Position numbers and translations under genes: made by a program. Below are positions 45,500 to 54,144 of a stretch of 64,000 bases of DNA, one piece after another; the first letter of the stretch is position 1, and each line of letters starts with the position of its first letter. Under the pieces are notes generated by a model, which was given only the letters and a program-made list of their open reading frames with translations, ran no database searches and had not been told where the DNA came from. The stretch covers positions 10,835 to 74,834 of the IMG/VR virus record IMGVR_UViG_3300009597_000014; one strand, given 5' to 3'. This DNA comes from a virus.

Positions 45500-45700
45500 G
45501 TGAGTGTGTAACCGGGGGGGTAGGTTTACCGGAGGGGTGGCTACGTAGCGGGAGGAATGGACGTAGAAGTCTTTACAAAAAATCCATAACCTGAATTAAT
45601 ATGCCGTGGAACATCTGCATGAAAATATGCAGTTCCAAAAATATAATAAAAATAATTTCTATAATAAAAATTAGCTATATTTATAATACTAGTATATCTT
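45500..45700. other. Probable join of the two physical genome ends (collapsed terminal-repeat boundary)
   Basis: Non-coding, G-run then very AT-rich; lies between P1/gp1 (left end in N4) and post-terminase small genes (right end). Confidence 0.5.
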
Positions 45701-45733
45701 ATGTCTTACGACGAGCGTTCTCTATAGAACGGC

Positions 45734-45820
45734 CTAGACTCCTATGACGAGCAGGAGAAGAGCTACGAATATGACTGTCCAGATGAGGATCCAGACACCG
45801 TAGGTAGGGGTTTTTCTCAA
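45734..45820 (-). CDS. 28-aa membrane micro-protein (not in ORF track)
   Basis: TTG start; MRKTPTYGVWILIWTVIFVALLLLVIGV. Confidence 0.4.
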   Translation of the reverse strand: MRKTPTYGVWILIWTVIFVALLLLVIGV

Positions 45821-45924
45821 GGGAATATTACCCACCAGAGGATGAACCAGAAAATGGATGCAAGGATGCTGCCGTAGATGACACCCAGCCAGAATTCAGA
45901 ATGATGGGGAGGACGGCGATTCAT
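45817..45924 (-). CDS. 35-aa membrane micro-protein (not in ORF track)
   Basis: MNRRPPHHSEFWLGVIYGSILASIFWFILWWVIFP; ATGA overlap. Confidence 0.5.
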   Translation of the reverse strand: MNRRPPHHSEFWLGVIYGSILASIFWFILWWVIFP

Positions 45925-46145
45925 AGTTTTAGTTTGGTTTTTTTCTCAGCCATAGCTCGTTCGTATTTGGCTTTCTGGGTTTCCAGTCTGTAACGTTCTT
46001 GAGGGTCTATATTGGGATTGTAGACCTGGCCTGAGCCGTAGCACTCCGGACATTGAATGGTGTAGCGCTCAACGCCGTAAGTATCGATGATGGGGTAGGT
46101 ACCTTCACCATTGCAGACAGAACAGCCTAGTTGGAATCCACTCAT
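45921..46145 (-). CDS. DnaJ-type CxxCxGxG zinc-finger protein
   Basis: CSVCNGEG...CPECYGSG. Confidence 0.65.
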   Translation of the reverse strand: MSGFQLGCSVCNGEGTYPIIDTYGVERYTIQCPECYGSGQVYNPNIDPQERYRLETQKAKYERAMAEKKTKLKL

Positions 46146-46147
46146 GG

Positions 46148-46360
46148 TTAGGGTTCCTTGAGGGAGTTTATTGCACGGCGTACTTCATCGGCTAAGGTGA
46201 TTGTTTGTTTTGATATGAGACCGCCGTTACCGCCTTGGAATTTACCCCCAATCATTGTTCCATGTTCGTCATGGGAGAGTGAATCGACCAATGCGGTAGC
46301 AGCATCGACCAGGCGTTTGATGTTAATAGTATTATCTTCTATGGAAGTACTATTGGACAT
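46148..46360 (-). CDS. Hypothetical protein
   Basis: Start MSNSTS with RBS GGAG. Confidence 0.55.
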   Translation of the reverse strand: MSNSTSIEDNTINIKRLVDAATALVDSLSHDEHGTMIGGKFQGGNGGLISKQTITLADEVRRAINSLKEP

Positions 46361-46377
46361 TACGTTTCTCCCATTGA

Positions 46378-46677
46378 TCAAAATGGATCTGTAGATGGTG
46401 CGTATTTTCCTGTCCATGGATACTCACCGAGAGCTTTGAGACGGAGACTCTCTCTTCCTACGGCCTTGGGGTCTGAGGTGTCTATGTCCTTGTTGGGATC
46501 GTACCACACCAGGAAGCAGGGCAGGCATATCATCTGAGGCTCATGCCAGAAGGATGTGCGGAGATGGTCTGTACCTCCGCAGGCCGAACAGGTTTTATTT
46601 TCCAACTGGTTCATAATGTTTGACCTTGCCGCATCGACTGCAGCGCCAACCGATGCAGAGAATTTTACCTCTACCAC
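46378..46677 (-). CDS. Hypothetical CxxC protein
   Basis: CSACGG...CLPC. Confidence 0.55.
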   Translation of the reverse strand: MVEVKFSASVGAAVDAARSNIMNQLENKTCSACGGTDHLRTSFWHEPQMICLPCFLVWYDPNKDIDTSDPKAVGRESLRLKALGEYPWTGKYAPSTDPF

Positions 46678-46733
46678 CTCTCCAGCCTGAGACGACAGTA
46701 CCAGGGCACCATCCCATCCAACAATAGAACCAT

Positions 46734-46940
46734 CTAATCGACATTGATGCGAACCAGGAGAAGGATGCCCCCTACGTCGAAGTCCCAGGATATTTTCTGG
46801 ACGGTATATATTTTGCCGTTAAGGACCATTATGCCCCCGACCGATGGATGGGAGGGTATGCTGATGCTAATTAGGAAGCCTGAGTCGGTATAGAAGTCGG
46901 TTGGGATGGTGGTAAGAGATTCGCTCATCAGAGGCCTCAA
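46734..46940 (-). CDS. Hypothetical protein
   Basis: ORF in co-oriented run. Confidence 0.45.
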   Translation of the reverse strand: MRPLMSESLTTIPTDFYTDSGFLISISIPSHPSVGGIMVLNGKIYTVQKISWDFDVGGILLLVRINVD

Positions 46941-46997
46941 AGGGGCTGGATTTACGGCTCATTATCGGCGGTTTTAAAATAATGGCATTTACGCCGA

Positions 46998-47180
46998 TTA
47001 TCTATTGGCATGCTTCACGAGGCGTATCAAACGAGGGCTGATGAAGCGGTTTCGCTTACGGGATCTCTCGATGGTTTGAAGCTGGATCTCGAGTTCTCTG
47101 ATGCGTAGATCCTTCTCCTGGATCTGAGCCAGTAGCTCGTTGTGGGTCTTCATGGTAGGGCGGAATCTGTTTTGGCTCAT
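46998..47180 (-). CDS. Hypothetical coiled-coil protein
   Basis: Start MSQNRF with RBS AAGGAG. Confidence 0.55.
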   Translation of the reverse strand: MSQNRFRPTMKTHNELLAQIQEKDLRIRELEIQLQTIERSRKRNRFISPRLIRLVKHANR

Positions 47181-47185
47181 CTGGA

Positions 47186-47410
47186 TCACTCCTTGGGGGT
47201 TTTGGTGGCTGCTTTCACAGCCCACATGGCTCCATCTTCGATCGCTGTCATGGCCAGTGCCTTGAGACGTTTGATCTCGCCTTCTCCCTTGTCGTCAGTC
47301 TTTTCGATAAGATCGATGAGCTTAGCAGCCTGGGATTTGATCTCATCTACCTCTGGGTTCTGGGATGGATTGAACGAGATGCCGACTCGGTATTCGCCTG
47401 TGGTTGTCAT
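47186..47410 (-). CDS. Acb2/Tad1-like helical hairpin protein (candidate nucleotide-signal sponge)
   Basis: GEYRVGI.FNPS...VD.IK...A.LID...R.KALA.T.IE...MWAVKAAT. Confidence 0.55.
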   Translation of the reverse strand: MTTTGEYRVGISFNPSQNPEVDEIKSQAAKLIDLIEKTDDKGEGEIKRLKALAMTAIEDGAMWAVKAATKTPKE

Positions 47411-47966
47411 TGGGGATTCCCTCTCGGTGACTGCGGCGGTAGCCGCAGGAACCCATGATCCCTAGACTGATTTGTCTATAGGGACAAGGGTTTAGCTCTT
47501 ACCAGGGTGGGTCTCCACAATAGCTTACGCGCTTCTCTCTCTTATAGTAGGGGGGAGGGAAAAGTCAGGGTAGGCTCAAGGTGGGAAAAAACATATATAA
47601 CGGTTTTTAAGGGGGGTCTAGAGTCGGAGTCGCCAGCAGGCACTGCTACAATCTGGGGGAGCTACCACCCACTTACGATTGGAGTGCCTGCTGACGAAAC
47701 TTTGAAAGGGAAAGAGAATTTGGGGTATGAAGCCGGGAGATTCTTCAGAGGAGGGAGGAGAGGGTATCCTGGATCTCCCGGCTTCACTTCCTCTCACGGT
47801 ACCTAGGGAGATACTCTAAATACCGTGAGAGATTTCCTCGCTAATACCCGATTATGAACGTCTGCAAGGGTGCGAGTCCTTTATAAAAATAATCGGATTT
47901 TAGATTTTTAGGTAATATTTATGCATTAGTGGTATCAGAAATCTTTCAGGAGACAAGGGAAAAATT

Positions 47967-48707
47967 ATGTCTCTCTTCGACGATCCCGAAGTACAAAACC
48001 CAAAAAAAGACTTAAGTCTCCAAGGGTTAGCTCCAGTTCCACTGACTGTGGAGGAGGTGCAGAATGCTCTGCCGAATCACCTCCGGTCGAGTGTCACTCA
48101 GGGGATGGTAGACAACCTCAATACGATTGCAGCCGATCCTATTATGGCTGAAAATATTAAAGCTAATTTTGTTGGATATTCAGCTATTTTAAAGGATGGT
48201 AAATTCAAGACTGAGGAATATATTAATGCAGTTACATATGTCAGTTTCAAGCTTATGGGATTTACAAACATTGAATCCTATACTCGAACATTTCCCCAGA
48301 GGTATGCCAATCTGGTGGCCAAGGGGACCTCAGCGAAGGACATCTCCGGGTATGTAAGCGCGTATAACAGGGGTAAGTTACCTAATCTCATTATGGAGCA
48401 ATCCCTGGTTCCAACTTGGGTGTTGAACCAGGATCTGTTCCAGAAGGCTCTCAACGTTCAGGCAGACCTGATGTTGAACTCAAACAGCGACAAGGTCAGG
48501 ACTGATGCTGCTAATTCCCTCCTGGTTCACCTGAAGAAGCCTGAGACCAAGGAGTTCCAGATCTCGATGGAGACCAATGAGTCTGCAGGCATCAAGGAGA
48601 TGCGGAATATGCTGGGTGAACTCGCAAAACAGCAGCAGGACATGATCAAGGACGGAGCTAAAACGATCGACATAGCGGCAACCAGGCTGGTGGTGACGGA
48701 ACAATGA
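47967..48707 (+). CDS. N4 gp69-like protein (putative terminase small subunit)
   Basis: Upstream of TerL; AV.YVS.KLMG..N..SY..TFP.RY, VR.DAANSLL.HLK.PE. Confidence 0.8.
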   Translation: MSLFDDPEVQNPKKDLSLQGLAPVPLTVEEVQNALPNHLRSSVTQGMVDNLNTIAADPIMAENIKANFVGYSAILKDGKFKTEEYINAVTYVSFKLMGFTNIESYTRTFPQRYANLVAKGTSAKDISGYVSAYNRGKLPNLIMEQSLVPTWVLNQDLFQKALNVQADLMLNSNSDKVRTDAANSLLVHLKKPETKEFQISMETNESAGIKEMRNMLGELAKQQQDMIKDGAKTIDIAATRLVVTEQ

Positions 48708-48958
48708 GTGACTATGATATGAACATCCATACTAATCCTGATGCTGTGGCATGGGCAAAGTTTTATGTCGAAACGAAAGCCAAATATACCGGTCCTGAAC
48801 CATTCGATACCGAAGATAATATGATCGGTTGGTTTGCAAATGCGATGATGGCTATGCATGATTATCTGAAAGGTGGACCAACCATATTACCTGATGGTTC
48901 AGCATTTTTTGTTGATACTATTTATAAGCCGATGATGTTGGAAAATAAAGATGCTTAA
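48704..48958 (+). CDS. Hypothetical protein inserted between terminase genes
   Basis: DA..WA..., MIGWFANAMMA; overlaps both neighbours. Confidence 0.6.
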   Translation: MSDYDMNIHTNPDAVAWAKFYVETKAKYTGPEPFDTEDNMIGWFANAMMAMHDYLKGGPTILPDGSAFFVDTIYKPMMLENKDA

Positions 48959-50588
48959 TGTCGACGATGCTAGTGGTTACCCCAATGAGTGGGTTAAAGA
49001 ACGAATCGTCGTCAAGAAATCCCTCGACGAATGGCTCGACGAGGTGGATTACCATGATATTAATTCTGGTTCCTATGTTCCGAGTCAGTTTGCCCTTATT
49101 TTTATGAACTTCGTTAAACTCGTAAATGGTGCTGAAGGAGAAACTCATAAGACACCTCCTGTGCATCTTAAGATGCTTGATAAAATGCTTTCTAAAAAGG
49201 AATTAATTGCTAATCTATGTTTTCGTGGAGCTGCTAAAACTACTTTGTTTTTTGAATATCTGGTATTATTTATTGCTACTTTTGGTTATTTACCTGAATT
49301 TGGTGATATTACTGGTATGATTTATGTTTCTGACTCCATGGAAAATGGCGTCAAGGCTGCAAGAAAAAATGTCCAGTTCCGATATGATCATAGTGACTTC
49401 CTTAAGGAATGGATACCCGAAGCATATTTCACAGACAGTTATCTCGAGTTTACGAACCGGGACGGACATAAGCTTGGATGCCGTATGTTTGGAGCTCAGA
49501 CAGGTCTCCGGGGGACCAAGATCTTCGGAAAACGACCGGTGCTGGCAGTGCTGGATGATCTGGTTTCTGACGATGACGCCAAATCCCGAGTGTCCATGGA
49601 TGCCATCAAGGACAACATCTATAAGGGGGTGAATTACGCTCTGGATCCAACGAGAAGGAAGATTGTCTTCAATGGTACGCCCTTCAACAAGGACGATATC
49701 ATGATCGAGGCGGTCGAATCAGGTGCCTGGGATGTGAATGTCTGGCCTGTTTGTGAGAAATTTCCTTGTTCGAGGGAAGAATTCGTTGGTGCTTGGGAGG
49801 ATCGGTTCTCTTATGATTTCGTGATCGAGCAATATGAGAATGCAGTTCTGACTGGGAAGACCGAAGGTTTTATGCAGGAGCTAATGCTTCGGATTTCGAG
49901 TGATGAAGAGCGTTTGATCCAGGAAGGGGAGATCCGAGAATACTCCAGGGTGCAATTATTAGAGAGAAAATCAGTCTTTAACTTTTATATCACCACTGAT
50001 TTTGCCACTTCAGACAAACAGACTGCAGATTTCAGTGTTATTTCTGTGTGGGCATACAATTCTCAAGGGGATTGGTTCTGGGTAGATGGTGTCTGCGAGC
50101 GCCAGACGATGGACAGGACGATCGGGGATCTCTTTCGCCTGGTTCAAATCTATAAACCTCAGTCTGTCGGTATCGAAGTCAGTGGCCAGCAACTTGCTTT
50201 CATCAAGTGGTTGCAGTCTGAGATGATGACTCGTAATATCTGGTTCAATTTCGCTTCGTCGGAGAAGACTGGAAAGCCAGGAATACGGCCAATTGTTAAT
50301 AAATTAACCAGATTTAACTTAATAGTACCTCTTTTTAAAGCAGGGAAAATGTATTTTCCCACAGAATTGAAAACTTCCAAGATAATGGCTCATTTTTATG
50401 GGCAAATCAGGCTGGCAACTAAGAACGGTCTGAAAGGAAAAGATGATTGTCTTGATACAATTTCCCAGCTAATGTATCTAAACGCCTGGAAGCCCAGCGA
50501 AGAGATCGCGGTCCCTGATTCCAGCAGTGGCATGTGGAAGGATTCCTTCCCAGACGAGCCCAGCGCCATTTCATCGTATATAGTTTGA
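48951..50588 (+). CDS. terL: Terminase large subunit (N4 gp68-like)
   Basis: FRGAAKTT (Walker A variant), VLDDL, GTP, TTDFA, DDCLD nuclease motifs. Confidence 0.93.
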   Translation: MLNVDDASGYPNEWVKERIVVKKSLDEWLDEVDYHDINSGSYVPSQFALIFMNFVKLVNGAEGETHKTPPVHLKMLDKMLSKKELIANLCFRGAAKTTLFFEYLVLFIATFGYLPEFGDITGMIYVSDSMENGVKAARKNVQFRYDHSDFLKEWIPEAYFTDSYLEFTNRDGHKLGCRMFGAQTGLRGTKIFGKRPVLAVLDDLVSDDDAKSRVSMDAIKDNIYKGVNYALDPTRRKIVFNGTPFNKDDIMIEAVESGAWDVNVWPVCEKFPCSREEFVGAWEDRFSYDFVIEQYENAVLTGKTEGFMQELMLRISSDEERLIQEGEIREYSRVQLLERKSVFNFYITTDFATSDKQTADFSVISVWAYNSQGDWFWVDGVCERQTMDRTIGDLFRLVQIYKPQSVGIEVSGQQLAFIKWLQSEMMTRNIWFNFASSEKTGKPGIRPIVNKLTRFNLIVPLFKAGKMYFPTELKTSKIMAHFYGQIRLATKNGLKGKDDCLDTISQLMYLNAWKPSEEIAVPDSSSGMWKDSFPDEPSAISSYIV

Positions 50589-50628
50589 TATTTTTAGACT
50601 ACTTTTAAACTATTTAGGTGATTTTATA

Positions 50629-51330
50629 ATGAAAATTGAGGAGCTGTTTAGCAGACTCGCCTATGGTGAGCTGTCAAATCTTGCCATCAACAATGGCGAT
50701 GGAACAATCATCGAAGAAAAGCAGCCTCAAATCGTTCAATATATAAATGAAGGCCTATTAGCTCTCTGTTCGAGATTCCGGCTCATAGAGCACGAAGTTT
50801 TGATCGAGCAGGTTGAGCATATCACGCATTATCACCTTAAACCTGCCTTTGCCGAGAGCTCTGGCTCTGATGTCGAGTTCCCATACATCAAGGATCTGCC
50901 GGATGAACCTTTCACGGGCGATGTGATCAGGATTCTTGAAGTCCATGACGAGGTTGGTGCTGTTACCCTGAATGATCAGGCCAATCCGTTGTCAATGTTT
51001 ACGCCACAGCCTGATATTCTCTTTGTTCCTACACCTAATCCGTATCATCCATTAACAATATATTATCAGGCTAGGCATTCCGTACTAGATACGAGACCTG
51101 GCCACATTATTAACCAAGAAATTGAAATTCCATTTTTTCTGGAAACTGCTTTGCAGAATTTTGTGGCTTATAAGACATATAGCCATATGAATGGTCAGGA
51201 AAATATCGTTAAAGGTCAGGAATATCTGGCAGTCTATGAAACATCGTGTCTCGAAGCTGAGATGCGCGATTCAGCGAACCAGTCTTTCCACACCTCACAT
51301 GAAAAACTCGAGATGAGAGGCTTCGTCTGA
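50629..51330 (+). CDS. Virion adaptor/structural protein (N4 gp67-like)
   Basis: L.YGELSNL, INEGL..L..RF, terminal RGFV; synteny. Confidence 0.8.
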   Translation: MKIEELFSRLAYGELSNLAINNGDGTIIEEKQPQIVQYINEGLLALCSRFRLIEHEVLIEQVEHITHYHLKPAFAESSGSDVEFPYIKDLPDEPFTGDVIRILEVHDEVGAVTLNDQANPLSMFTPQPDILFVPTPNPYHPLTIYYQARHSVLDTRPGHIINQEIEIPFFLETALQNFVAYKTYSHMNGQENIVKGQEYLAVYETSCLEAEMRDSANQSFHTSHEKLEMRGFV

Positions 51331-54116
51331 TGGGTTACCGTTCGGATATGGATAGCGCTACTGGTTTGGTCGATACGATGATTGGCTCGGCCTACCCGGT
51401 TGTCAGGGAAGTCGCCACTAATATCGAATATGTGAAGCATGTCAGTGCTCACCTTGAGTATATAGTAGGTATTGAAGATAATATTGAAGAAATTAATAAA
51501 GTTGGGGCTAATATTGAAGAAATTATAATAGTATCTAATAATATGGATGCTATTACTAGTGTTAATGAAAATATGGATTCTATCATTACCATTAATAATG
51601 ATATTGAAGAAGTAAAAGAAGTAGCTGATAATATTCCAGAAATTTATACAGCTGTTGATACCATTATTACTAAAACTGAAGAAGCAGATGCTCTTCTTGA
51701 TGAAGCAGAAGAATTAGCTAATGCGATTAGTGGAATAGCCAGCCCCCTTATTATTGCTGATAATCTTTTTGGTACTAAGGGATCTGTTGAATTATGGAAC
51801 CCTGCAACACCGCCTGATTATATCAGGATTGCCGGACATCTTGTTGCTGGAGATGGTGGTGCAGCACTTTATAAGAAAGTGGCATCACAACCTGCGCATG
51901 CGGGCAAAATCCAATCCATGAATGGTACATGGTGGGAGCTTTCTGAAGAACGTATTACTCCTTATATGTTTGGCGCTAAAGGTGATAATGTTACTGATGA
52001 TGTGGTAGCATTACAAGCATTTTTTGATTATGCGACTGCTTATAAGAAAGTCGAACTGCATTGCATTGGTTCATTTAAAATTGGAGCTAAGTTATTTATT
52101 GGGCAAGCTGGGGTTAATTCTCTTAGTGTATCAATGTATTTCGACTGTATCATAACCAGTCTTGCTACTTTTATTTCAACTGAAGAATTAGTACGTTTTC
52201 GCTATATCGGTTATGCGAATTGTAGTGGTGAATTCAGGGTATATGGCGGCTCTGCTGGAACTGCCTATGTAGATCGCAGGCAGTGGGATGGTATCGTTAT
52301 CGAGCAATGCCCTCGCACACGTTTCCCCGGTTTGTCATCGCAATCCGTCAAGCGTAATGGCATTACCATACATAGTTCAGGTAACAGTAATGGTGCTCGT
52401 TTTCCCAAACTGGCAGCCGATCGTTCTGGTGGCGAACTACCAGGGACAATGTTGTCTGGATGGACGACTATATGGGCCACTGCGACCGATTACCCGCTAA
52501 ATGCCACAGTGAAGAATAGCGCTGGTCGGATGTACACCTGTACCACAGATCCTGGTGTGGTGAATTCGACCGTTGAACCTGTTCATACCACTGGTGCAGT
52601 CACTGATGTTGACGGGTACGGTTGGACATATACTGGTATGAATAGCGGTTCCGTTAATTCAGCTAATCAACGCACGACATTGTTGGTTACCGACATACCA
52701 GAAGCTTTAGCGCTTGGTGATTTTATTACTTATGGCGGTCGCCCATATCATGTGATGACTGTTAATATTCCAGCAGGAACCATTGACGTATTTCCGTGGG
52801 TAATTAATCCTGTTGCTGGCCCCATTATGTATCTTGTTGGTGCTGGTGCTTACTTTGTCGGTAGTGACAGCAATATTTGTCAAATTGGATTTGTAGATAC
52901 TGGCTTCAATGGTACTGGGGCTAAACTTCGTAGCCTTTATGCACCGACAATCGAGCAAATGCATACTAGTCAGGATGGTATTGGTGTTGCAATTGGTTCT
53001 GCAACATCTGGTGCATGGATTGGTGGATTTATTACTAATTTTTATGTTGAAAATCCAACATCGAGGATTAATTTTGTAGAATGTTCTGATCCTAATGGAG
53101 CAGCATTTTCAATAGGTACATTGGGTCCAGGATCATTATCACAAATATTTAAACCAACTGCGAATACTGGTACAGCACATGCTTTTCGTAATTTGAGAAC
53201 TAGTATTTTAAATACTAGTGGTAAAGCATATTTAGCAACTAATGGTACTGGGGGTAATATTTCGGCATCCAGCATATCACCATCAAATATACCATCAACT
53301 CCATCATTTTTTACCAGATATGCTGATGCTCAAACTGTAGATATTATATGGGATGAGCATTCTAATCGTTTGTTCGGTATGGATGTTACATATTTATATG
53401 CATTTGGATCAGGTGTCAGGAAGAATCCCACAGGTACATGGACCTTTAACCCGCCCGCTGGATGGACCATTGTTGGGCAGTCTGTGTTTATGGGTCTACC
53501 AACACCGACATTATTTGCTATACATTATATGGTCACAGCGCAGACAGTTACAGTTACAAAAGTCTCGCAAGCCTATAATGCTGTATCTGCAGATATGGGT
53601 GATGCTACTGTAACAGTTTTTCAACATTTGCATGAACCAACATTATATTATAATACGCCACTTACCAGTACCCGTAATGTGACATTGTCATCTACTGGTG
53701 CGAGCAATGGTGCCAAATTCCGTGTTGTCAGGACAGCAGCAGCCACTGGATCGTCTAATCTGAATGTTGGATCTGGTCCACTGAAAGGGCTGACACCAGG
53801 CACATGGTGTGATGTCGAGCATAATGGTACGGCCTGGTTCCTGTCTGCTTATGGTTCCCTCGTCGATTTTACCTCAACAGTCGTATATAATCCGCCTTCA
53901 TTAGCAGCTGGTGCATATGATGCGGTTCAGACATTGGCTCTTATGGGAGCTGTGCTTGGAGATATTGTAAGAGCGTCTTTTACGGTAAATCTGAATGGTG
54001 CCAATTTGGATTGTTGGGTAAGTGCGGCAGATGTTGTTAGTTTTAGATTTAGTAATCCAACTACTGGTGTTCTTGATTTAGCATCGGGAACGGTAAAAGT
54101 AAGAATTGTAAAGTAA
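51330..54116 (+). CDS. Tail fibre/spike with N4-type anchor and beta-helix
   Basis: N-terminal VD.MIG.AY.VV..VA.N anchor, coiled repeats, GDGG and FGAKGD.VTDD motifs. Confidence 0.8.
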   Translation: MGYRSDMDSATGLVDTMIGSAYPVVREVATNIEYVKHVSAHLEYIVGIEDNIEEINKVGANIEEIIIVSNNMDAITSVNENMDSIITINNDIEEVKEVADNIPEIYTAVDTIITKTEEADALLDEAEELANAISGIASPLIIADNLFGTKGSVELWNPATPPDYIRIAGHLVAGDGGAALYKKVASQPAHAGKIQSMNGTWWELSEERITPYMFGAKGDNVTDDVVALQAFFDYATAYKKVELHCIGSFKIGAKLFIGQAGVNSLSVSMYFDCIITSLATFISTEELVRFRYIGYANCSGEFRVYGGSAGTAYVDRRQWDGIVIEQCPRTRFPGLSSQSVKRNGITIHSSGNSNGARFPKLAADRSGGELPGTMLSGWTTIWATATDYPLNATVKNSAGRMYTCTTDPGVVNSTVEPVHTTGAVTDVDGYGWTYTGMNSGSVNSANQRTTLLVTDIPEALALGDFITYGGRPYHVMTVNIPAGTIDVFPWVINPVAGPIMYLVGAGAYFVGSDSNICQIGFVDTGFNGTGAKLRSLYAPTIEQMHTSQDGIGVAIGSATSGAWIGGFITNFYVENPTSRINFVECSDPNGAAFSIGTLGPGSLSQIFKPTANTGTAHAFRNLRTSILNTSGKAYLATNGTGGNISASSISPSNIPSTPSFFTRYADAQTVDIIWDEHSNRLFGMDVTYLYAFGSGVRKNPTGTWTFNPPAGWTIVGQSVFMGLPTPTLFAIHYMVTAQTVTVTKVSQAYNAVSADMGDATVTVFQHLHEPTLYYNTPLTSTRNVTLSSTGASNGAKFRVVRTAAATGSSNLNVGSGPLKGLTPGTWCDVEHNGTAWFLSAYGSLVDFTSTVVYNPPSLAAGAYDAVQTLALMGAVLGDIVRASFTVNLNGANLDCWVSAADVVSFRFSNPTTGVLDLASGTVKVRIVK

Positions 54117-54144
54117 ATTAATATTCTTATTTTGGATTTTTAAT

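Noticed and set aside
45701-45925. Acidic + strand pseudogene or TAG read-through
   Set aside because: It is the antisense shadow of two hydrophobic - strand micro-ORFs; TAG functions as a normal stop elsewhere.
47684-47712. Hammerhead ribozyme (CTGACGA...GAAA)
   Set aside because: No credible stem II or III and no UH cleavage triplet in the right place.
47507-47806. 99-aa + strand ORF
   Set aside because: No convincing RBS or motif; overlaps the hairpin-rich region, which looks non-coding.
47864-47882. tRNA T-arm-like AAGGG-TGCGAGT-CCTTT
   Set aside because: No matching acceptor, D or anticodon arms; no tRNA gene recognised in the window.
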